Shown here piece after piece: positions 1 through 8,850 of a stretch of 25,896 nt of DNA (positions are counted from its first letter, which is position 1; each line of letters begins with the position of its first letter). Both the position numbers and the translations under genes were made by a program. The DNA is from an uncultured Janthinobacterium sp. Lineage in GTDB: Bacteria; Vulcanimicrobiota; Vulcanimicrobiia; Vulcanimicrobiales; Vulcanimicrobiaceae. The DNA lies in contig CAZZXB010000027.1 in assembly GCA_964658025.1 (NCBI GenBank), forward strand, positions 1 to 25,896. The letters are read 5' to 3'. Below the pieces are notes generated by a model, which saw only the letters and a program-made list of their open reading frames with translations, was not told the DNA's origin and did not search any database.

Positions 1-155
1 ACGAATCGTCGGCGCGTTCGCGATCGCGAGCGCGACGATCCCACGATCGAGGGGACGGCGCGCGACGCGCCGCGTCGCCGTCGCCGATCGTCGCGACAAC
101 GATCCGTCGGTGCGAGATCGCACAACGCACAACGCACAACGGTCGACGTGGTCGA

Positions 156-188
156 TGTAAGCGAAGTGTAATCGTCCGGCGCTACGAT
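156..188 (+). promoter_or_regulatory. Candidate promoter of the S53 peptidase: tandem TGTAA boxes with an 11-bp period and a TACGAT -10 element
   Basis: TGTAAG (156-161) N5 TGTAAT (167-172), then TACGAT (183-188). The spacing is typical of OmpR/PhoB-family binding sites over a -35 region. Confidence 0.35.
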
Positions 189-381
189 GGCACGAACGCG
201 GAATCGATCGAATCGAGTCGCGACGGCTCGCGCGTCCGAACCGTCCGATCGCGAGAACGAGCGCGGGATCTCCCGGCCGATCTAAAGATTCGGTACCGTA
301 GCTTCTCCCGCGGACGGCATTCCCGACGAATCACGCGAGCATCTCAAACGAACTCTCTCTATCAGGTTGAGGAATTTCTTC

Positions 382-2163
382 ATGACTGACCGTACCAAAC
401 TCTCGGTTCTCTCGCGTGCGCTCGGGGCCGCGGCGACGATGATCGGCGCGCTCGCGATCGCGCTCCCGGCGCGTGCCGACGAACCGACCGCGCTCCTCGC
501 GGCGAGGCCGACCGAGCAGGTCGCCTTCGAACTCTACTTTCCCCTCCGCGATCGCTCGTCGCTCGATGCCCTCATCGAGGCGCAGAATTCGGAAGGCTCT
601 CCCGAGTACCACCATTGGCTGACGCCCGCGCAGTTCGAGGCCGACTTCGGACCGACGAACGCGACCGTCTCACGCGTCACCTCCGAACTCGCGGCGCGCG
701 GACTCGCCGTCGTGGAGCGGAGCGGACAGATGCTCGGCGTCACGGGCTCGGCGAGCGCGGTCGACGCGACCTTCGGCATCCGTCTCGCGCACGCGCGATT
801 CGCCGACGGAACGCAACGCCTCGTCGCGGATCGCGCGCTCACGATGCCGCCCGCGCTCGCCGCGAGCGGCGCGCTCACGCCGAATTTCTCGACCGCCGCG
901 CCGAAACGGAAACACTCGGTCATCGTCGGCACGGTCCCGCACCGTTCGCTCGGAGCCAACCCGTTCAACTTCGCCAGTTCCGTCGGACCGTATCTCGCGG
1001 CGGATCTCCGCCAGGCGTACGACCTTCCCTCGGCGCAGGCGCTCACCGCGAAGGGCGTTCGCATCGCGATCCTGATGAGCGGAAACTACAACGCCTCCGA
1101 CATGGCGAACTACTTCACCGACGACGGTCTGCCGAAGAGCCTGTGGCCCTCGATCACGTCGATCCCGATCAACGGCGGCCTCGCCTACAGCCCGAACAAT
1201 TCGGGGGAGACGCACCTCGACATCCAGCAGTCGGGCGGCGTCTCGCTCGCATCGACCATCGGACTGTACGACCTCCACGATCTCCAGAGCTCGACCATCC
1301 TCAAGGGACTCAATCAGATCGTCAAGGACAACGTCGCGGACGTCGTCAGCATGTCGTTCGGCGGTCCGGAGGCCGACTACACGGCCGCGAATAACGGCGG
1401 CAAGTCGCAGATCTATCTCCTCACCATGGAAGAGCAAGCGTTCGCGCAGGGCACGTCGCAGGGGATGACCTTCGTCGCGAGCAGCGGCGACCACGGCGCG
1501 ATCCCGCTCGTCGGCGCGGCACAGAAGCCGACCCTGAGCGTCGAGGATCCGGCGAGCGATCCGTACGTCACGGGCGTCGGCGGGACCAACCTCGTCACGA
1601 CCGCCACCTCCGGCAGCAACAACTCGGCGTACGTCAGAGAAAACGCCGGATACGATCGCGAAGCCAAAGGCGAAGTGTGGGCCTCGGGCGGCGGCGTGAG
1701 CATCGTCTGGAAGAAGCCGTCGTATCAGAAGCTCGTCCCGACGCAATCGTCCTCGGCCCGCACCGTCCCCGACGTGGCGCAACACATGGGCGGCTGCCCG
1801 GGCGACGCCATCTCGTGCAACTCACCCGACAGCGCGGATTACGAAGCGATCGGCGGCCAGTTCGTCGGCGTCATCGGGACGAGCGCGTCCGCCCCCGACA
1901 TCGCCGGTCTCCTCGCGCTCAAGGTCGCGCTCACGAAGGGCCGCCTCGGGCTCGAGAACACCGACATCTACAATCGCGCCAAAAAACAAAATGCCGGTTC
2001 CGGGAAGCCCTTCCATCACGCGGGCATCCCCGGCAACAACGGCAAGTACGCGACGAAGACGCCGTACGATCTCGTGATCGGCAACGGAACCGTCGACGGG
2101 CGTCAATTGCTCGGCACGAGCCTTCCGGCCGCGGGGATCCCGGGGACCGCGACCAACCCGTAA
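382..2163 (+). CDS. Secreted S53 family peptidase (sedolisin/kumamolisin-like) with activation prodomain
   Basis: ATG at 382 with GAGG upstream; signal peptide ending ALPARA; prodomain motif YHHWLTPAQFEADFGP; catalytic ExxLD (ETHLD), oxyanion SSGD, nucleophile GTSASAP; C-terminal YDLVIGNG calcium-site-like motif. Confidence 0.93.
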   Translation: MTDRTKLSVLSRALGAAATMIGALAIALPARADEPTALLAARPTEQVAFELYFPLRDRSSLDALIEAQNSEGSPEYHHWLTPAQFEADFGPTNATVSRVTSELAARGLAVVERSGQMLGVTGSASAVDATFGIRLAHARFADGTQRLVADRALTMPPALAASGALTPNFSTAAPKRKHSVIVGTVPHRSLGANPFNFASSVGPYLAADLRQAYDLPSAQALTAKGVRIAILMSGNYNASDMANYFTDDGLPKSLWPSITSIPINGGLAYSPNNSGETHLDIQQSGGVSLASTIGLYDLHDLQSSTILKGLNQIVKDNVADVVSMSFGGPEADYTAANNGGKSQIYLLTMEEQAFAQGTSQGMTFVASSGDHGAIPLVGAAQKPTLSVEDPASDPYVTGVGGTNLVTTATSGSNNSAYVRENAGYDREAKGEVWASGGGVSIVWKKPSYQKLVPTQSSSARTVPDVAQHMGGCPGDAISCNSPDSADYEAIGGQFVGVIGTSASAPDIAGLLALKVALTKGRLGLENTDIYNRAKKQNAGSGKPFHHAGIPGNNGKYATKTPYDLVIGNGTVDGRQLLGTSLPAAGIPGTATNP

Positions 2164-2197
2164 TAAGCTCGCGACCTCCGACGGCGGTCGAATCGCG

Positions 2198-2236
2198 CGG
2201 CGCGGGGCACCTTCGGGGGCCTCGCGCCGTCGCATT
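2198..2236 (+). terminator. GC-rich hairpin with C(UUCG)G loop after the peptidase, probable terminator
   Basis: CGGCGCGGGGCACC-TTCG-GGGGCCTCGCGCCG (2198-2229), 14-bp stem with one mismatch and one G-U; only a weak U tract follows. Confidence 0.5.
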
Positions 2237-2295
2237 TCCGTCGGCGAGCCGTCGCGCGTGGGGGACGGGGCCGAACGTTCGTGCGACGAAGGTCC

Positions 2296-2324
2296 TTTGG
2301 CGGTCTCGTTCCATCGCATAGACT
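2296..2324 (+). promoter_or_regulatory. Candidate sigma70 promoter of the sdh operon
   Basis: TTTGGC/TTGGCG near 2296-2302 and TAGACT at 2319-2324, about 40 nt before the TTG start. Confidence 0.35.
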
Positions 2325-2364
2325 GAAAAGCAGTTTCATCCTCACACGTGAAGGGCGAAGAAGT

Positions 2365-4044
2365 TTGATCAAGCACGACGTGGTCGTGGTCGGCGGCGGC
2401 CTTGCCGGCATGCGCGCCGCCGTCGAGGCGGCCGAGGGCGGCGCGGATGTCGCGATCGTCTCGAAGATGCATCCCGTTCGCAGCCATTCGGGCGCGGCAC
2501 AGGGCGGAATCAACGCCGCGCTCGGCAATCGCGAAGACGATTCGCCCGAGCAACACGCGTTCGACTGCGTCAAGGGCTCCGACTATCTCGGCGATCAGGA
2601 CTCGATCGAGGCGATGGCCGAAGACGCCCCGCGTCAGATCGTCTGGCTCGAGCATCGCGGGTGCATCTTCTCGCGGCTCCCCGACGGCCGGATCGCACAG
2701 CGGCCCTTCGGCGGCGCGGGCTCGCCGCGGACGTGCTACTCGGCCGACGTGACCGGGCTCGTCATCCTGCACACGCTCTGGGAACAGCTCGAGCGTTTCA
2801 ACGTGAAAGTCTACGAAGAGTATTTCGCGACCGCGCTCTGCGTCGAAGACGGCATCGGCACGGGCGTCGTCGCGTACAACATGCGTTCGGGCGAACTCGA
2901 ACTCGTGACGGCGAAGGCGACGATCTTCGCGACCGGCGGCCTCGGTCGCGTCTACGCGAAGACGACGAACGGCTACGCCTCCACGGGCGACGGCATGGCG
3001 ATCGCCTATCGCGCCGGCATCCCGCTCATGGACATGGAATTCGTCCAGTTCCACCCGACGTCGCTCAAAGAGAACGGCGTGTTGCTCTCCGAAGCCGCGC
3101 GCGGCGAAGGCGCCTACCTCCTCAACAGCGAGGGCGAGCGCTTCATGTTCAAGTACGCGCCGAACAAGGGCGAACTCGCCTCGCGCGACGTCGTGAGCCG
3201 CGCGGAGTGGACCGAAATCCTCGAGGGTCGCGGGATCGACGGGTGCGTGATGCTCGACCTGCGTCACCTCGGCCGCGAAAAGATCCTCGAGCGACTGCCG
3301 CAGATCCGCGAACTCGCACTCGACGCGACCGGCAAGGACGCGATCGACACGCCGATCCCGATCCTGCCGGGCATGCACTACGCGATGGGCGGTATCGAAA
3401 CCGACAAATTCGGCGCCACGCGGATCCCGGGCGTGTACGCGGCGGGCGAAGTGGCGTGCGTGAGCGTCCACGGGGCGAACCGCCTCGGCGGAAACTCGCT
3501 GCTCGAGACGATCGTCTTCGGCGCGCGTTCGGCGAAGCACGCGGTGCAGTACATCAAGAGTCAGGGCGACGTGCGCCCCTCGGAGCGGACGCTCCAGAGC
3601 GAGAAGGGTCGCATCGCCGAGATCCTCGGCCGCACGAAGGGCGTCCGGCACAGCCAGGTCCGCAAAGAGATGAACGCGGTGATGAGCGACAACGTCTTCA
3701 TCTTTCGCAACGACGCCGAACTCACGCGGGCGACCGACGGCTTACGCAGCGTCCGCGAGGCGGCGAAAACGATGACGGTTATGGACAAGTCGACGACCTT
3801 CAACACGGATCTCGTCGGGTTGCTCGAAACCGAATTCCTCGTCGACGTCGCGCAACCGATCGCGTTCGGCGCGCTCAACCGCACGGAGTCCCGCGGCGCG
3901 CAGGCGCGCACGGACTTCCCCGATCGTGACGACGAGAAGTGGATGGTCCACACGCTCATGCACCATACCGACGGCGACCCGCGCGCGGATTATTCGCGCA
4001 AGGTCACGTTCACCAAGTACCAGCCGCAAGTGAGAAGCTACTGA
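2365..4044 (+). CDS. sdhA: Succinate dehydrogenase/fumarate reductase flavoprotein subunit
   Basis: Likely TTG start at 2365 ([15 protein letters not shown], Rossmann fold); covalent-FAD His motif [53 protein letters not shown] motifs. Confidence 0.95.
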   Translation: MIKHDVVVVGGGLAGMRAAVEAAEGGADVAIVSKMHPVRSHSGAAQGGINAALGNREDDSPEQHAFDCVKGSDYLGDQDSIEAMAEDAPRQIVWLEHRGCIFSRLPDGRIAQRPFGGAGSPRTCYSADVTGLVILHTLWEQLERFNVKVYEEYFATALCVEDGIGTGVVAYNMRSGELELVTAKATIFATGGLGRVYAKTTNGYASTGDGMAIAYRAGIPLMDMEFVQFHPTSLKENGVLLSEAARGEGAYLLNSEGERFMFKYAPNKGELASRDVVSRAEWTEILEGRGIDGCVMLDLRHLGREKILERLPQIRELALDATGKDAIDTPIPILPGMHYAMGGIETDKFGATRIPGVYAAGEVACVSVHGANRLGGNSLLETIVFGARSAKHAVQYIKSQGDVRPSERTLQSEKGRIAEILGRTKGVRHSQVRKEMNAVMSDNVFIFRNDAELTRATDGLRSVREAAKTMTVMDKSTTFNTDLVGLLETEFLVDVAQPIAFGALNRTESRGAQARTDFPDRDDEKWMVHTLMHHTDGDPRADYSRKVTFTKYQPQVRSY

Positions 4045-5000
4045 TGGCCGATATCACGCTCGATCTCTTCCGCTTCGACGAAGCCGTCGACGCCGAACCG
4101 CGTCGCGAACGCGTCGCGATCGATTTCGACGAGAACGCGACCGTGCTCGACGCGCTCGAATTCGCGAAGGCGACCGTCGACGGATCGATCTCGTTTCGCC
4201 GTTCGTGCCGCTCCGCGATCTGCGGCTCGTGTTCGATGAACATCAACGGCGTCACCGGACTCGCGTGCAAGACGCCGATCTCGACCGTCCTGCGCGACGA
4301 CCGATCGGTGAAGGTCGACCCGATGCCCAACTTCGAGCCCATGAAGGACATGGTCGTCCACATGGATCCGTTCTGGGATAAATACTCGCGGCTCCAGCCG
4401 TACCTGCAGCCGGCCGATCGCGACGAGGATCACGAGCGCGAGCGGCGCGTGTCGCCCGAGGACATGAAGAAGCTCGTCGCCGTCGCCAACTGCGTCATGT
4501 GCGCGACCTGCTACTCGCTATGCCCCGTCGTCAGCGTCGATCCGTCGTTCGCCGGTCCCGCGGCGATCGCGTACGCCTATCGCTTCATCGAAGACACGCG
4601 CGACTCGAAGCGCAACGAACGCGTCGCGCAGATCAGCGACGATTATCTCTGGCTCTGCGCGCATTGCTACGCGTGCTCGTACTGCCCCAAGCACGTCGAT
4701 CCGCAAGATCGGATCATCGATACGAAACGCATCTCGATCGAGGTCGGACAGACCGACGCGCCGGGTCCGCGCCACGCGCTGACGATCGCGAAAACGATCA
4801 AGCAGACGGGCATGCTCGCCGAAAACGAAGTGATCGTCGGCACCGTCGGTCGCTTCAACATCAAAGGCCTCTTACGTATCATGCCGCTCGGTATCCGGCT
4901 GGCCTCCAAAGGAAAAGTACCGCCGCTCTTCATGCATCCGGTCGAGAAGGTCTCCGAGATCCGGACGATCTTCGAAACCATGGAGGTCCCCGTCGCATAA
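4044..5000 (+). CDS. sdhB: Succinate dehydrogenase/fumarate reductase iron-sulfur subunit with C-terminal extension
   Basis: ATG overlaps the sdhA stop (TGATG); [2Fe-2S] motif CRSAICGSC...C; CVMCATCYSLCP; third motif CAHCYACSYCP has four Cys. Confidence 0.93.
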   Translation: MADITLDLFRFDEAVDAEPRRERVAIDFDENATVLDALEFAKATVDGSISFRRSCRSAICGSCSMNINGVTGLACKTPISTVLRDDRSVKVDPMPNFEPMKDMVVHMDPFWDKYSRLQPYLQPADRDEDHERERRVSPEDMKKLVAVANCVMCATCYSLCPVVSVDPSFAGPAAIAYAYRFIEDTRDSKRNERVAQISDDYLWLCAHCYACSYCPKHVDPQDRIIDTKRISIEVGQTDAPGPRHALTIAKTIKQTGMLAENEVIVGTVGRFNIKGLLRIMPLGIRLASKGKVPPLFMHPVEKVSEIRTIFETMEVPVA

Positions 5001-5950
5001 TGTCCGTGATCACCGACGTCCTGCCCGCGAAGCATCGCACGAAATCCGCCCAAACGAAGCGCTACGGCTTCTTCCCCGGTTGCGTCGCGAAAGAGTCGTG
5101 TACGGAACTCTTCAACTCCACGATGTTGCTCGCCGAGAAACTCGGCATCGAGCTCGTCGAACTCACCGCGGCGTCGTGCTGCGGCGCATCGGTCCTCAAC
5201 GACGTCAACCGCGACGTCGCCCGCGTCCTCAACGCGCGGACGTACGCGCAGGCGGAAGCGCTCGGCCTCGACGACGTGATCACGATCTGCTCGACGTGTA
5301 CGGGCCACATGCGCGCGGCGAACAAGGAACTGCTCGAGAACGAAAACCAGATGGAGCAGGCCAACGCCATCCTCGGGAAGTTCAACGCCCGCTACGCCGG
5401 CGGCGTCTCCGTCCGCCACCTGCTCTGGCTCCTCATCGACGACATCGGACTCGACACGCTCAAATCGATGGTCGTCAACCCGCTCCGCGGCCTCAAGGTC
5501 GCCGCGTTCTACGGTTGCCACATCATCCGTCCGGAATCGGTCAACGGATGGGAATCGGCGCGGAATCCGCACTCGCTCGAGGATCTCATCGCGGCCCTCG
5601 GCGGCGAACCCGTCGATTATGCCGGAAAGACCCGTTGCTGCGGCTTCCACATCCAACTCGAAAAGGGCGGCGTCGCCGCGAACATGGTCGGTCAGAACAT
5701 GCGCATGGCCAAGGATGCGGGCGCGGAAGCCGTCCTCACGCCCTGTCCGCTCTGCCACCTCGCCCTCGACGGGTACCAGGCCGACGCCGTGGCCCGCTGG
5801 GGCCGGACCGATCTGCCGACGTTCCATCTCCCGCAACTCGTCGCGCTCGCGCTCGGCGTCGATCCGACGAAGCTCGGCCTCAAACGCCACGTGATCTCGC
5901 CCGGCGCGGTCCTGCAGGCGCACGACCTCGCACCGATGCACGTCGCATAA
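5000..5950 (+). CDS. sdhE: CCG-domain protein (HdrB-like / SdhE anchor subunit of type E succinate:quinone oxidoreductase)
   Basis: ATG overlaps the sdhB stop (TAATG); two CCG domains, C-X31-CCG-X34-CSTC and C-X39-CCG-X33-CPLC; no transmembrane segments evident. The symbol refers to the type E anchor, not the E. coli flavinylation factor. Confidence 0.88.
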   Translation: MSVITDVLPAKHRTKSAQTKRYGFFPGCVAKESCTELFNSTMLLAEKLGIELVELTAASCCGASVLNDVNRDVARVLNARTYAQAEALGLDDVITICSTCTGHMRAANKELLENENQMEQANAILGKFNARYAGGVSVRHLLWLLIDDIGLDTLKSMVVNPLRGLKVAAFYGCHIIRPESVNGWESARNPHSLEDLIAALGGEPVDYAGKTRCCGFHIQLEKGGVAANMVGQNMRMAKDAGAEAVLTPCPLCHLALDGYQADAVARWGRTDLPTFHLPQLVALALGVDPTKLGLKRHVISPGAVLQAHDLAPMHVA

Positions 5951-6107
5951 TCGCGCTCGGTCCATCCGTCCGAACCCATGCGTGGGTCACGATCTCGAGA
6001 CGCCCGGCTCTGCCGGGCGTCTTTATTTCGTCACGCGGCTATTGCGACTTCGCCCCCCGGACGATGACCGTAGAGACAACGCTCGCCCCCACTCGAGCCC
6101 GAGGTAC

Positions 6108-7379
6108 ATGGACGACCAAGCTCCCGCCACGACGCTCACGCTCGGTGAAGCTCCCGACGACGTGACCTTCGGCGTCGACGATCTCTGCCGCCACACGATG
6201 ATCTTCGGATCGTCGGGCTCGGGGAAGACGACCCGCGGGTACAATCCGATGCTCACGCGCATGCTCGGCGACATGGGCGCGGGCGCGCTCATCATCTGCG
6301 CGAAGGCGGAGGCGGTCGGCGAGGTCGTGGAGATCGCGCGCCGCGCGGGCCGGACGGCGACCGTCGTGATGCCGGGATCGCTCATGGGCATCGAACTCCT
6401 CTGCGGGAGTCCCGACGTCGACGCGGTCTACTTTCGCGACACGTTCGGACGCGTGAGCGACGACGCGAAGCAATGGGTCGACGCCGGTCTCGCGCGCATG
6501 AAAAACGCGCTCCGCATGTTGCAGGCGGCGGGCGACCAGTACTATACGTTCGAGCACCTGACGAGCTACTGCTTCGACGACAAGTTCGCGGCGGTCGCGC
6601 GCATCCAGGCGATCGAACGGATGCGCGCGATCCCGCACGACGGCGACGAAGCCTGGACGATCCGCGAGGCGATCAGCTACGAAGACACGCGCTACCTGCA
6701 GATGACCCCGGAATCCCGGCGCGCCGTACAGTTCAGCGTGGCGCAGTTACTCGAACCGCTCCGCGACGTCAACATCGCGAAGACGTTCGCGAAAAAGCAG
6801 AACCTCATTTCGATGAACACCGTCTTCGACGGCAACGTGATCGTCCTCCACGTGCCCCGCTCGAAGTACGAACGCGCCGCGCAGGCGATCTACACGCTCG
6901 CGAAGCGTCGTTTTTTTACCGCCGTCGAAAACCGCCGTTCCGATCGATCGTTGAACCAGACGCGACCCGTCGTCTTCGGGATCGACGAGTACCAGCTCTG
7001 CATCTCCGAATCCGACGTCTCGTCGCTCGGCGTCATCCGGTCCGCCGGTTGCATGGTGCTCGGTACGACGCAAGGCGTCGCGTCGCTCTACGCCGTGCTC
7101 GCCACGCACCACGTCGACGCCGCGCTCCAGAACTTCACGCAGAAGATCTTCTTCAAGACCGACGACGATGCGACGCTCGCGCTTCTCGCCCGGGCGACGA
7201 AGTACAACAAGAACGGCATCGATCCGAGCGTCCTCTTCTCGATGACGCGCGATCAGGCGCTCTGCCACGTGACGGCGGGCGACCGTTCGATCGACGCGGT
7301 GTTGCCGATGAAGCCGATGTACGTCACGCCGATGGACAGCGCCGCGGCCGGACTCGTGACACCCGCCGGAGCGGCGTGA
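6108..7379 (+). CDS. TraD/TraG/VirD4-like (FtsK-HerA superfamily) P-loop ATPase lacking N-terminal transmembrane helices
   Basis: HTMIFGSSGSGKT (Walker A), VVFGIDEYQ (Walker B), RSAGCMVLGTTQ (arginine and motif-3 Gln), NFTQKIFF. Start uncertain: ATG 6108 chosen, ORF open from GTG 5982. Confidence 0.8.
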   Translation: MDDQAPATTLTLGEAPDDVTFGVDDLCRHTMIFGSSGSGKTTRGYNPMLTRMLGDMGAGALIICAKAEAVGEVVEIARRAGRTATVVMPGSLMGIELLCGSPDVDAVYFRDTFGRVSDDAKQWVDAGLARMKNALRMLQAAGDQYYTFEHLTSYCFDDKFAAVARIQAIERMRAIPHDGDEAWTIREAISYEDTRYLQMTPESRRAVQFSVAQLLEPLRDVNIAKTFAKKQNLISMNTVFDGNVIVLHVPRSKYERAAQAIYTLAKRRFFTAVENRRSDRSLNQTRPVVFGIDEYQLCISESDVSSLGVIRSAGCMVLGTTQGVASLYAVLATHHVDAALQNFTQKIFFKTDDDATLALLARATKYNKNGIDPSVLFSMTRDQALCHVTAGDRSIDAVLPMKPMYVTPMDSAAAGLVTPAGAA

Positions 7380-7428
7380 ACGAGAACCCGGCGGCCCGCG
7401 ATACGTTTCCCGTCGCACCGATCGTCAA

Positions 7429-7537
7429 GGAGTAAACAACAAGGCGCCTCGGCCGAAACCGTGACGCCTTGTTGCCCCCTTGCCTCTTGCGGACAAGCTT
7501 TTTGCGCGATGCGACCCGACGATGGGTGCCGCGCTCC
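7429..7537 (-). ncRNA. Candidate structured small RNA (three hairpins), or a compound terminator region
   Basis: Three consecutive stem-loops whose G-U pairs work on the minus strand, one with a GCAA tetraloop; TAAGAT -10-like box at 7548-7543 just upstream. Confidence 0.4.
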
Positions 7538-7582
7538 AGATGATCTTATCCCATGTCCGGGTCGAATACACGTCGGATTCGG

Positions 7583-8752
7583 TTAAGAATGCTTTGCGGA
7601 TGCGAGCAGTCGACGGACGCGATCGTGGGGCAACGCGTAATAGGTAAGTCCGCGCGCGCCCGAGAGCGTTCGGGCCGAGAGCAAGGCGTCGATCACGGCC
7701 GACTCGGTCGCCTCCGCGGTCGCCGCGAAGAGCGCGTCCATCGTGTCGTCGTCGTCGACGAGCGCGACCGGCAGCGGCGCCTTCGGATCGCGCGGGAAAC
7801 GATGCGTCGTGCTGAACGCGATGAGCAGATCGCCGCTCGAAACGTGGGACGTCACGCCCGTGCGCGCGAGCCCGAGCGTCGCCCGCTTCGCGAGCTCGCG
7901 GAGTTGCCGGGCATCGAGCGGTGCGTCGGTCGCGATCGTGACGATCACGCTGCCGTCGGCGGCGCGACCGTGCGGGAGGTAGGCGGCGGCCGCGGTCTGC
8001 GTCGGCAAGAGCTCGTGCTCGAACGCCCGCCCGACCGCGACCCCGTCGATGCGTAGTTCCGCGCGAGAACCCGTGTTCGCGTTGACGAGCACGCCGACCG
8101 TGAAGCCGCCGTTCTCCCGCGGCACGACGCGCGAGGCCGTGCCGATTCCGGCTTTGAATCCGAACGCCCGCATTCCGGTCCCCGCGCCGACGTCGCCGCG
8201 GGCGAAGGGACCCGGCCGCGCCGCTTCGAGCGCGGCGACCGCGTCGCTCGGCGCGACGTGTCGGCCGACGATATCGTTTATCCCTTGATCGTCGCACTCG
8301 GCGACGACCGGGAGCGGGACGTCGTCGTCGACGCCGATCCCGGGGTGCCGGGCGACGAGCCAATCGATCACGCCGTCGTCGACGCGCGCGACGTCGAGCG
8401 TGTTCGTCAGCGCGATCGGCACCTCGAGAAAGCCCGCCTCGTCGACCCAGTGCGCGCCCGAGAGTTCGCCGTTTCCGTTGAGATCGTACGTCGCCGCGGC
8501 GACGCGATCGTCCCACGGATCGGCGTCGGGGAGGACGACCGTCACGCCCGTCCGGACGGGCCCGACGCCGGGGACGAGCGGGCCCGCGGGCCCTGCGATC
8601 TTCGTCACTTGACCCACGCGCACGCCAGCGACGTCCGTGATCGCATCGAGCGAGCCGCTCGGCATGACCCCGACGACGATGCCGTCGGTCCGCGCCGCCG
8701 CGGGAGCCGCGACGAGTAAGAGTGCTACGACAAGAGTCGCGGTTCTACGCAT
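7583..8752 (-). CDS. Secreted P1/S58 family peptidase (DmpA/BapA-like aminopeptidase)
   Basis: Signal peptide [74 protein letters not shown]; self-cleavage site [14 protein letters not shown]. Confidence 0.92.
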   Translation of the reverse strand: MRRTATLVVALLLVAAPAAARTDGIVVGVMPSGSLDAITDVAGVRVGQVTKIAGPAGPLVPGVGPVRTGVTVVLPDADPWDDRVAAATYDLNGNGELSGAHWVDEAGFLEVPIALTNTLDVARVDDGVIDWLVARHPGIGVDDDVPLPVVAECDDQGINDIVGRHVAPSDAVAALEAARPGPFARGDVGAGTGMRAFGFKAGIGTASRVVPRENGGFTVGVLVNANTGSRAELRIDGVAVGRAFEHELLPTQTAAAAYLPHGRAADGSVIVTIATDAPLDARQLRELAKRATLGLARTGVTSHVSSGDLLIAFSTTHRFPRDPKAPLPVALVDDDDTMDALFAATAEATESAVIDALLSARTLSGARGLTYYALPHDRVRRLLASAKHS

Positions 8753-8850
8753 CCGCGAGCCTTCTGCCTCCCGGATTTCCTTACTTTTTCGGAAGGCACG
8801 AAACGCGAGCGCGCACAACTTTTATCGTCTATCGTCGGAGGTGCGCGGTC

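Noticed and set aside
188..203. TGGCACG sigma54-like -24 element upstream of the peptidase
   Set aside because: The -12 position reads GA rather than the required GC.
189..381. Riboswitch in the long leader of the S53 peptidase
   Set aside because: No recognisable aptamer consensus or terminator/antiterminator arrangement found by eye.
2281..2364. ORF-track N-terminus MRRRSFGG on SdhA resembling a Tat signal, as in periplasmic MfrA
   Set aside because: No hydrophobic h-region follows, no SD before GTG 2281, and a -10-like TAGACT lies inside the extension; TTG 2365 fits the usual SdhA start.
7425..7570. Small minus-strand ORF (VYSTRTWDKII...) in the ATPase-peptidase gap
   Set aside because: No SD, atypical codon usage, and the region is better explained by RNA hairpins.
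5951..7582. Integrated conjugative or mobilisable element around the TraD-like gene
   Set aside because: No integrase, relaxase, T4SS genes, tRNA target, flanking direct repeats or compositional shift seen.
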